A stretch of 64,000 bases of DNA from contig CAZKAF010000001.1 of the NCBI GenBank assembly GCA_964550955.1, positions 99,951-163,950 of the forward strand, written 5' to 3'. The position numbers were made by a program, and so were the translations under genes. Position 1 is the first letter of the stretch, and every line of letters starts with the position of its first letter. The stretch is from an uncultured Candidatus Saccharibacteria bacterium (GTDB lineage: Bacteria; Patescibacteriota; Minisyncoccia; Phycocordibacterales; CAIZLB01). This document shows, piece by piece, positions 37,225 to 44,561 of the stretch. The notes below the pieces were generated by a model. It worked only from the letters and a program-made list of their open reading frames with translations. It was not told the origin of the DNA and did no database searches.

Positions 37225-38223
37225 ATGAAAAAAATGAATATTTCCTACAACGATATCATATCTTTGGAAAATCTCTACGAAGCGTGGGCGGAGTTCGTCA
37301 ACGGCAAGAGACATAAAAGGGACGTGGCCTTGTTTGCATTAAATCTCTCGCACAATATTTTCGCGCTGCATGAGGAGCTGAAGAACAGGACGTATCGGCA
37401 TGGCGGATATAAGGCATTTGCCATCAATGATCCGAAGCCTCGAAGTATCCATAAGGCTCATGTTCGGGACAGGCTTCTGCATCATGCGGTCTATCGAACC
37501 CTGTACAGGTACTTTGACAAGAAGTTCATATTTGATTCGTACTCGTGCAGATACGCCAAAGGGACGCATAGGGCGCTCGGCCGCTTCCGTCATTTTTTCA
37601 ACAAGGTCTCTCACGGCAATCGCCGGACGTGCTGGGTGCTGAAGTGCGACGTTCGAAAATTCTTTGCGTCCATAGATCAGGGAATATTGCTGGACATATG
37701 CAAAAGGCACCTGCCGGACCAGGACATACTCTGGCTCATGCAGGATATCGTCGGCAGCTTTTATAGCACGGAAGCGGGGAAGGGCCTGCCTCTTGGAAAT
37801 CTCACGTCTCAATTGCTCGTAAACGTATACATGAATGAATTTGACCAGCATGCGAAGCATGTCCTCAAGCACCAGCATTACATTCGCTATGCCGATGATT
37901 TTGTCATCATGCATCACGATAAAAGCGAGCTGCAGAAGGCGCTTCCGAAAATAGGGGAATTCCTGCTCGATAATCTGAAATTATCGCTGCATCCCGACAA
38001 GGTGTTCATCAAGACGTTCGCGTCGGGCGTTGATTTTCTTGGCTGGGTCCATTTTCAAGATCATAGGGTTTTGCGAAATGCCACGAAGAAGAGGATGCTT
38101 AGAAATTTGAACGGAGGGGCCGCGAAAGAGGTCGTCCAGTCCTATCTCGGCCTCCTTTCTCACGGGAACGCGTTTGGGCTGAAAAGGAGGATCAAGGCCT
38201 TGATGCGCAAAACCATTGATTAG
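37225..38223 (+). CDS. DGR reverse transcriptase
   Basis: RT domains with the IRYADDFVIM (YADD) box. The N-terminus LENLYEAWAEFVNGKRHK is typical of DGR/retron RTs. ATG 37225 is preferred over the track start 37138, which would run through the G-tract. Confidence 0.9.
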   Translation: MKKMNISYNDIISLENLYEAWAEFVNGKRHKRDVALFALNLSHNIFALHEELKNRTYRHGGYKAFAINDPKPRSIHKAHVRDRLLHHAVYRTLYRYFDKKFIFDSYSCRYAKGTHRALGRFRHFFNKVSHGNRRTCWVLKCDVRKFFASIDQGILLDICKRHLPDQDILWLMQDIVGSFYSTEAGKGLPLGNLTSQLLVNVYMNEFDQHAKHVLKHQHYIRYADDFVIMHHDKSELQKALPKIGEFLLDNLKLSLHPDKVFIKTFASGVDFLGWVHFQDHRVLRNATKKRMLRNLNGGAAKEVVQSYLGLLSHGNAFGLKRRIKALMRKTID

Positions 38224-38267
38224 AGCCGTTAAATTCTGGTTCCTAGATTAGTTTAGCGTCATAATGC

Positions 38268-38296
38268 TTGACAAACACATACAAATATAGTACTAT
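38268..38296 (+). promoter_or_regulatory. sigma70-type promoter
   Basis: TTGACA, 17-nt spacer, TACTAT; ends about 15 nt upstream of ATG 38312. Confidence 0.5.
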
Positions 38297-38311
38297 ATAC
38301 CTATACAAATT

Positions 38312-39055
38312 ATGACCAATTTAACTATCTCAACAGAAATGATCAAATCAACATTCATCTACGCAGGAGCGGTTCTTATTGTATTTGGTGCATATTTTTC
38401 AACTCCAATTACGGCAAGCGCTGCTACGTACCTAATCGACCTTTCAGGCAATGGCTGCGGCTCGCAATGCGCCGAACTTCAGGAATATTTGAATTCGCTT
38501 AACAGCAATAGCAATTCGAATTCGTCATCTACAAGCTCGACTGATGCGAATGGTTCTGGCGATCAGGCCACAGTTCCGACGTATCCGAACCTTCAGTACC
38601 AGTATTCGTCATCTACGCTGGCGTATTATCAGAGAAACCAGCAGCCGACGACTTCCAACTTGTATGCATATCCGACGTATTCGTACTTTGCGAATCCGGC
38701 AGGCGCGTATCCAAGTTCATACCCAGGCACTGCGTATCCGAGTGGTGCTGCATATCCGGCTCAGAACCAATATAACCCATACGGCCAGTACAATCAGTAC
38801 GGCTCGACAGGCTATGTGCCGTACCCTTCGCTTCAGTACGTGTATAACAATGGCAAGGTGGCTGGTCCTTCGACCTCCACATACGCTGCTCCCAACTATG
38901 CAGCGGAGCTGTACATGCTAGGCCGGTACCCGTCCTATGGCGCGCCGACATACGGCACTCAGTCCCAGCAGCCTTACCCTTATTACGGAACGCAGGCTTA
39001 CAATGCTCCGTTCTCGATGCAGCCTTCAGGCTTCGTCATGACTTCTGGAAAGTAA
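38312..39055 (+). CDS. secreted low-complexity Tyr/Pro/Gln/Ser-rich protein
   Basis: N-terminal TM/signal; CGSQC pair; motif YPSLQYVYNNGK; C-terminus GFVMTSGK. Paralog of the next gene. Confidence 0.55.
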   Translation: MTNLTISTEMIKSTFIYAGAVLIVFGAYFSTPITASAATYLIDLSGNGCGSQCAELQEYLNSLNSNSNSNSSSTSSTDANGSGDQATVPTYPNLQYQYSSSTLAYYQRNQQPTTSNLYAYPTYSYFANPAGAYPSSYPGTAYPSGAAYPAQNQYNPYGQYNQYGSTGYVPYPSLQYVYNNGKVAGPSTSTYAAPNYAAELYMLGRYPSYGAPTYGTQSQQPYPYYGTQAYNAPFSMQPSGFVMTSGK

Positions 39056-39145
39056 GATCGAGCTGCGATAAAATCTCTTTAAAATGCTTGCGCGCGATTG
39101 AACTGTCGTTGCAAAAGCAGGGGAAGAGTGATATAAAGTGAGCAC

Positions 39146-39724
39146 ATGAAGAAATTAACTTTCATTTCAGTGCTCGCTTTTGTCGTTTTCGGGTTCGCCT
39201 TCGCGGCGCGGCTGGAAGCTTGTTCAGTGTCGTACGGGTATGACTACGGCTGCGGAACGGGATATTACGGCGGCTCCTACGACGGTTACTATGGCGGAAA
39301 TGGCTACGGATACGGAACCGGATATGGAGACCAGTACAATTATGTGCAGTATCCAAGCCTGACATACGTCTACTATCAGGATCCCGGACCAAGGAACACC
39401 ATGAGCGACTACAGCTACAACTATGTGCAGTATCCGAATCTGACATACGTGTACCATGACGGCAGGACCTCTCGTCCGGCAGGCAACACGGGATATTCTT
39501 CATATCCTTCGCAGTATCCGCAGACAGGCGGCGGGAACAACAACCCGTATTATTCGCAGCAGCCTGCATATCAGCAGCAGCCGGCGTACCAGTATCAGCA
39601 GCCTGCATATCAGGCATATCAGAATCCGTATCAGTACGGGTACGGATATGCCGGCAATTCTTACGGTCAATACAGCCAATACTCCGCATACGGTGCCGGT
39701 TTCATCATGACGTCGGGGTACTAG
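39146..39724 (+). CDS. secreted low-complexity Gly/Tyr/Gln-rich protein (paralog)
   Basis: Signal peptide; Cys pair; YVQYPSLTYVYYQD and YVQYPNLTYVYHDG motifs; C-terminus GFIMTSGY. Confidence 0.55.
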   Translation: MKKLTFISVLAFVVFGFAFAARLEACSVSYGYDYGCGTGYYGGSYDGYYGGNGYGYGTGYGDQYNYVQYPSLTYVYYQDPGPRNTMSDYSYNYVQYPNLTYVYHDGRTSRPAGNTGYSSYPSQYPQTGGGNNNPYYSQQPAYQQQPAYQYQQPAYQAYQNPYQYGYGYAGNSYGQYSQYSAYGAGFIMTSGY

Positions 39725-39863
39725 AAGTTTTTGGACAGAAGCCCTGTCGCTTCGGCGGGCGGAACTCTTCATGAATTCATAAAAAACTTTTTAGTTTTTG
39801 AAAAATGTCCTCTAATGGGCATTTTATTTTTTGTAGAAATGGCCGCGTGCTATAATCGATGGA

Positions 39864-41255
39864 ATGCAGAACAATAATTCACCCTGGTTGCAGCAATTGA
39901 AAAGAACGCGAGCCGTCGACACGCTGCTCGGGGACATGAGAACGGACATTGCCATCATCGGCGCCGGCATCGCGGGCGTTTCAACCGCATACTTCACCCT
40001 GAAGAATACTGACAAGCAGGTCTTGCTCATCGAGGCGAGCAAGGTCGCGCATGGCGCGACGGGCCACAATGCCGGGCAGATCGTCTTCGAATTCGAAAAA
40101 GAGCTTCACGCGCTTACCGAGACATACGGCCTGCAGCTTGCCGCCGATGCGGAACGGTCAGTCCGAAGCGCCTGGATGCTCATCGAGGAAATGTATCAGG
40201 ATGCCAATCTTCAAACCCCCATGTCTTCGTTTTTGGGATACAACGGGTACGCGACTGTCCCTCGAGTCATCGAAGAATTGAAAAATAACGCCCTCCGGGT
40301 CGAAGCGGGCATTCCTGTTGCCCCTGTTTACATAGCCGAGCACGCTGAAGGGCTCGACCAGATACCGCGGGCATACAAGGATTTGTACAACATTGTCCCT
40401 CATGAAGACGTCCTGTCCCTGCTTGAGACCAAGGACAAGCAGTATATCGCCGTGATGTCCGAAAGGAAGGGCTGCGTGAACAGCGCCCTGCTCGTCGAGG
40501 AAATCGTCGGCTATCTTCTTTCAAAATATGCGGGCAGGTTCGTCTTGGCCGAAGAGAGCCCTGTCAGGGAAATAGTTCTCGATCATGACTCCGGAATGCT
40601 CAAGGTGTTCAGCCATTCCGTATACGCAAAGAAAGTGGTCCTGTGCACGAACGGCTTCGAAAGATTCAAGATCACGAACCTGGTCGGAGGAAATATCGAC
40701 ACGAAGTTCCATCATATGGTCATCGGCAATGTCGGGTACATGGCAGGCTATCTTGAAAAGCTGGATCATCCTCCGATTGCCTTGCAGTACCATGACAAGG
40801 AACAGATAGATGCCGGTCGCGCGGAAGTCTCATATATGGAAAAGCCGTACATGTACCTGACAAGGAGGCCGTATGAGGTCGAGAAAAATGAAAGCCATAA
40901 CCTGGTTTGCGTGGGCGGCCCGGAACAGAACATCGAGGACACGACCTCGTATCGCAAGGAAAGCGAGATGATGGCGGAATCAATCGACCAGATCGAGCAT
41001 TTCATCCATAAGACATACGCGCATGCTCCGAAAGACAAGATCGATTTCAAGTTCAAATGGCACGGCCTGATGGGCTACACGCCGACGAACATGCGAGTCA
41101 TCGGAGAGGAACCCAAGAACGGGGTATTGATGTATAATCTGGGGTGCAACGGCATCGGCATTCTTACCTCGATTTACGGCGGCAAGAAGATATCGGAAAT
41201 ACTTCGAGGCGATGCGCTGCCGCCGTCGCTTTTTGATCCGAGGATCTCCTACTAA
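39864..41255 (+). CDS. FAD-dependent oxidoreductase (DAO/glycine-oxidase-like)
   Basis: N-terminal Rossmann DIAIIGAGIAGVSTAY; 463 aa. Confidence 0.75.
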   Translation: MQNNNSPWLQQLKRTRAVDTLLGDMRTDIAIIGAGIAGVSTAYFTLKNTDKQVLLIEASKVAHGATGHNAGQIVFEFEKELHALTETYGLQLAADAERSVRSAWMLIEEMYQDANLQTPMSSFLGYNGYATVPRVIEELKNNALRVEAGIPVAPVYIAEHAEGLDQIPRAYKDLYNIVPHEDVLSLLETKDKQYIAVMSERKGCVNSALLVEEIVGYLLSKYAGRFVLAEESPVREIVLDHDSGMLKVFSHSVYAKKVVLCTNGFERFKITNLVGGNIDTKFHHMVIGNVGYMAGYLEKLDHPPIALQYHDKEQIDAGRAEVSYMEKPYMYLTRRPYEVEKNESHNLVCVGGPEQNIEDTTSYRKESEMMAESIDQIEHFIHKTYAHAPKDKIDFKFKWHGLMGYTPTNMRVIGEEPKNGVLMYNLGCNGIGILTSIYGGKKISEILRGDALPPSLFDPRISY

Positions 41256-41258
41256 ACC

Positions 41259-41885
41259 ATGCTTGAATTATTCGTTGGAAAAATTGACGTGCTCGCTCCG
41301 CTCTTGCTCAGCTTGGGCCTTTGGGTCTATGCGTTCGTATTTTTGCTTGCCATCCTGGAATCGGCTCCCGTGCTCGGGACATTCACTCCGGGCACGCTGA
41401 TGCTCCTGTTCATAGGGTTGCTCTGCTCGCAGGGGCACATACTGGTACTGCCTGCCATCCTTTTCGCCACGCTCGGCGGCATTGCCGGAGACAGCGCGGG
41501 GTACTACCTTGGCAGATACGGCAGGAATTTCATAAAGGAAAATAAGGGCTTGCTTCGCACGGGGCATTTGGATATTGGAAAGACGTATTTTTACAAGCAT
41601 GGCGGAAAGAGCGTCTTCCTGGGCAGGTTCATCGGGCCGATTCGGCCGATTATTCCTCTGATTGCCGGCATGGTCCACATGTCATTTAGGAGATTCTTCG
41701 TCTTGAACGTCGCGAGCGCGCTGCTTTGGGCTTCGCTCTATATCGCGTGCGGCTTCCTGTTCGGCAATCATATCGAATTCATCGACTCGCTGATCTCAAA
41801 GATCGGCCTCGTCACCACTCTCATCATCGGCTGCGCCGCCATCTATTTTTTCAATAAATACAGAAAGGAGAAGGTCTTGGGATAA
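41259..41885 (+). CDS. DedA/TVP38-family membrane protein
   Basis: 208 aa, TM helices, and a GRFIGPIRPIIPLIAGM-type motif. Confidence 0.75.
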   Translation: MLELFVGKIDVLAPLLLSLGLWVYAFVFLLAILESAPVLGTFTPGTLMLLFIGLLCSQGHILVLPAILFATLGGIAGDSAGYYLGRYGRNFIKENKGLLRTGHLDIGKTYFYKHGGKSVFLGRFIGPIRPIIPLIAGMVHMSFRRFFVLNVASALLWASLYIACGFLFGNHIEFIDSLISKIGLVTTLIIGCAAIYFFNKYRKEKVLG

Positions 41886-41988
41886 GGTCCGGCCATTTCA
41901 TTCGCATGGTCATGCGGTTCACTGAGCGCTGGGTATTGGGCAAAATTCATATGCAGTTTATGCCCGCTTCATCCGCGTCAGGTAGGAT

Positions 41989-42519
41989 TTGTTCGTGCAT
42001 ATGCATGGGCGTACTCGAAACAGTCAATTTAAAATCCGTCAGTCGGGCATCGTCTCGCTGACTTTGGTCTTGTTGCTCACCGGAATCATCTCATCGGCTG
42101 TTTTTGGCCTGATTGAATCCAATACCCCGTATCTCCTTTTGAAGAGAGATATCGACATGCATCGAACTCGTTTAAGGGCGAGCGTTTCCTGTCGTGACAT
42201 GGCAATATCGCATATACATGAGAATGCGGATTTTGACGCGGTATTTTCTTTGGAAAACGTGAGGCGCGTGTTTGCTGACATTGCGCTGGCGGAAGGCAAA
42301 TCCGCCTGTTCAGTGCTCGGCATCGAAAGGATTCAGCCTGTCGACGCGTCATTGCTCGGCGACTCGGCAGTCGACCTCTCGTCCGCATACAGGTTGTTCA
42401 TTATTCGGACTTCCGGCGAAACGGCAGGGGATAGCGCAAGGCTTCATCTGGAAACTGGCGTGGCTTTCGACGAGCGGATGATGATCGTCTGGAAGCGGTC
42501 ATTGGAACTTCAGATTTAG
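41989..42519 (+). CDS. hypothetical protein with N-terminal TM helix (possible pilus-associated)
   Basis: GIVSLTLVLLLTGIISSAVF near the N-terminus; located upstream of a pilin gene. Confidence 0.4.
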   Translation: MFVHMHGRTRNSQFKIRQSGIVSLTLVLLLTGIISSAVFGLIESNTPYLLLKRDIDMHRTRLRASVSCRDMAISHIHENADFDAVFSLENVRRVFADIALAEGKSACSVLGIERIQPVDASLLGDSAVDLSSAYRLFIIRTSGETAGDSARLHLETGVAFDERMMIVWKRSLELQI

Positions 42520-42580
42520 TTTATTCCCGCATCATCCCGGTCGCGTATCATCAGCGCATTAACCAGTTAACATTTTAATT

Positions 42581-43042
42581 ATGCAAAAAAGATACATAAC
42601 AAGCGGAGGCTTCACGTTGCTTGAGGTCCTCATGGTTATCGGCATTTTGGCGATACTCGCGGGCGTCGTGCTGACCGCGGTTAATCCCGCCCGGCAGTTC
42701 AAGGTAGCGCGCGATTCGCAGAGAAATGCGAACATCGTCACCGTGCTGAACGCGATTGGCCAAAACATGACGGACCATGCCGGCAATTTCATATGCGAGG
42801 GGGTCTTGGCCGAATTGCCTGCCGCGAAGGAGGGGATGGGAAGCGATGCCGGATTTGACATCGCGCCCTGCCTGGTGCCTGACTACATATCCGCATTGCC
42901 ATATGACCCGGGCAAGGAATCCGCATACTATGTCGATGAGACTGACTATGAGACCGGATATTACATAAGCCGGGATGTCGAGGGGAGGGTGACCGTATAT
43001 GCGGACGGCGAGATTCAGCCGGATTTGAAAACCGTGCGATAG
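42581..43042 (+). CDS. type IV pilin/pseudopilin (prepilin, class III signal)
   Basis: MQKRYITSGGFTLLEVLMVIGILAILAGVVL: G/F cleavage site with Glu at +5. Confidence 0.8.
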   Translation: MQKRYITSGGFTLLEVLMVIGILAILAGVVLTAVNPARQFKVARDSQRNANIVTVLNAIGQNMTDHAGNFICEGVLAELPAAKEGMGSDAGFDIAPCLVPDYISALPYDPGKESAYYVDETDYETGYYISRDVEGRVTVYADGEIQPDLKTVR

Positions 43043-43114
43043 TCAGGGCATCGGGCTATCGCTTTCGGGGTCGCGGAATGGACAGGTGCATGGCAGTCTG
43101 AGTATACTTCTGAC

Positions 43115-43885
43115 ATGAACATTTCATCGGGTTCCGTCAAGAAAGATTTGCTCGGGATTGCCTCGAAAGAAAAAGCCTCGGTTTACGCCTGGTTTTTCAA
43201 GACTGGAAAGGGCGGGTATGGCGAAGGCGATGCATTCATCGGCGTCACCGTTCCGCAGCAGAGAGTCATCGCTAAAAAATACTCCGCCCAGTTCATGGAC
43301 CGGCATGCCGGCGAGAAGCCCGAGAAGCTGAACTCGGGCTCTTTCGCCTGGATTCAGGAGTTGCTGAACGACAAAATTCACGAATGCAGGCTGTCCGCGC
43401 TGATGATTCTCGCATACCTGTACAAGCATAAGAAAGCTGATAGGCGCCTCAAGGAATCGGCGTACAAGCTCTATCTTAAAAACTTCAAGAACATAAACAA
43501 CTGGGACTTGGTCGACTGCAGCGCGAGGGACATCGTCGGCGGCTATTTGCATGAGTTCGGGCATGGCGATGTCTTGGCAACGCTCTCTGTCTGGGCGGAT
43601 TCAAGCCACCTTTGGACTCGGCGAATCTCCGTCATCGCGACGCATTATTTCATCGGCAGGGGAGAGTTAGGGCCGACGCTTTTCATTTCGAAAAAGCTTC
43701 TCGGCGACAGGCATGATCTGATTCATAAGGCGAGCGGCTGGATGCTGAGGGAAGCGGGAAAGAAGAGCGAAAAAGCCCTTACGCGTTTCCTTGACGAGCA
43801 TCATAAGCGAATGCCTCGAACGATGCTCAGATATGCCATTGAACGGCTGTCACCCGAGCAGAAAGCGCGTTATATGAAGAGATAG
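43115..43885 (+). CDS. DNA alkylation repair enzyme (AlkD-like HEAT-repeat, PF08713-like)
   Basis: 256-aa alpha-helical repeat protein, WDLVDCSARDIVGGYL region. Confidence 0.5.
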   Translation: MNISSGSVKKDLLGIASKEKASVYAWFFKTGKGGYGEGDAFIGVTVPQQRVIAKKYSAQFMDRHAGEKPEKLNSGSFAWIQELLNDKIHECRLSALMILAYLYKHKKADRRLKESAYKLYLKNFKNINNWDLVDCSARDIVGGYLHEFGHGDVLATLSVWADSSHLWTRRISVIATHYFIGRGELGPTLFISKKLLGDRHDLIHKASGWMLREAGKKSEKALTRFLDEHHKRMPRTMLRYAIERLSPEQKARYMKR

Positions 43886-43948
43886 AGATGGGCCGTATTT
43901 TGCCGTTTCAAAGCCGCGCCTTCCGGTTTTCAAGCGATTTGCCCGCCT

Positions 43949-43978
43949 TTGACTTTTCAGCGCTTTTTTTGCTATGAT
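43949..43978 (+). promoter_or_regulatory. candidate promoter for the tRNA gene
   Basis: TTGACT, 18-nt spacer, TATGAT, about 70 nt upstream of tRNA position 1. Confidence 0.4.
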
Positions 43979-44050
43979 GGGCAAGTTCGCTGAAGTTCGA
44001 GGCCTGGTTTGGCCGTCGAATGGGCGGACACTGAAAGCAGAATAAAACAT

Positions 44051-44559
44051 TCCCCTGTAGCTCAGCGGTAGAGCAATCGACTGTGAACGTGTCCTGCCTT
44101 TGATATACTCCAAAGTATGTTGAAAAAGAGGACATATGCTGATCGTGCGCCATATATGATTGAAGCTGTCAGAAAGCGGAGAATAAAGCTTCGCAAGATG
44201 GCCAGAGAGTATAAAGGCGGCAAATGTGAGATTTGCTAAATTCGCGAAGGCATAACGCAGCTTCCGGTACGAAAGTCCGGTCGCAAATAAGGTGAATTGC
44301 TGGAAGTCCTGATTCTCATGTCAGGATAATCAGCAGCCAAGCTCGGCAAGAAATTGCCTTGAAGGTTCAGAGACTATCCCTTCGGGGAGTAGTCGGATGC
44401 AGGTAGCAATGCAAAGCGTTCGACGAAGCGCCTTACGTCTAAACATGTATAAGTGCAGCAATGCAAAATTCATGCATGACGATGATATAGTCCACACCGT
44501 CAGTAATGATGGATAAACGTGTAATCGATTGGTCGTAGGTTCGATCCCTACCGGGGGAG
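44051..44559 (+). tRNA. tRNA gene split by a group I intron in the anticodon loop (anticodon UGU/Thr or GUU/Asn depending on exact junction)
   Basis: 5' exon: TCCCCTG-TA-GCTC-AGCGGTA-GAGC-A-ATCGA-CT... 3' exon: ...TGTAA-TCGAT-TGGTC-GTAGG-TTCGATC-CCTAC-CGGGGGA-G. The acceptor stem pairs across 435 nt. Confidence 0.7.
44083..44519 (+). ncRNA. group I self-splicing intron (no ORF)
   Basis: R element TTCAGAGACTAT (44366-77) and S element GATGATATAGTCC (44481-93) supply the P7 pairing GACTA/TAGTC. A G precedes the candidate 3' splice sites, a U precedes the 5' splice sites. Confidence 0.65.
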
Positions 44560-44561
44560 CA
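44542..44561 (+). repeat. attL: 20-bp core (tRNA 3' end)
   Basis: cgatccctaccgggggagca, identical to 52691-52710. Confidence 0.7.

Larger units (their letters stand above)
35624..38223 (+). mobile_element. diversity-generating retroelement cassette (target-VR / TR / avd (-) / RT)
   Basis: All four canonical DGR parts lie within 2.6 kb. Confidence 0.85.

Noticed and set aside
39162-39772. Minus-strand ORFs (175 aa, 90 aa) antisense to the Gly/Tyr-rich gene
   Set aside because: Artefacts of the repetitive low-complexity sequence; the plus-strand gene has a signal peptide and paralog support.
44076-44087. Reading the 5' tRNA half alone as anticodon loop CTGTGAA (anticodon GUG, tRNA-His)
   Set aside because: There is no closing anticodon-stem strand adjacent. 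The stem partner TCGAT lies 435 nt downstream after a group I intron. The splice-site rules (U before the 5' site, G before the 3' site) do not allow an intact GUG loop, and no G-1 is encoded.
43850-44153. Minus-strand ORFs 43850-44113 and 43908-44153 over the tRNA 5' exon and intron
   Set aside because: They overlap the tRNA and intron RNA, are too short for a homing endonuclease, and have no motif.
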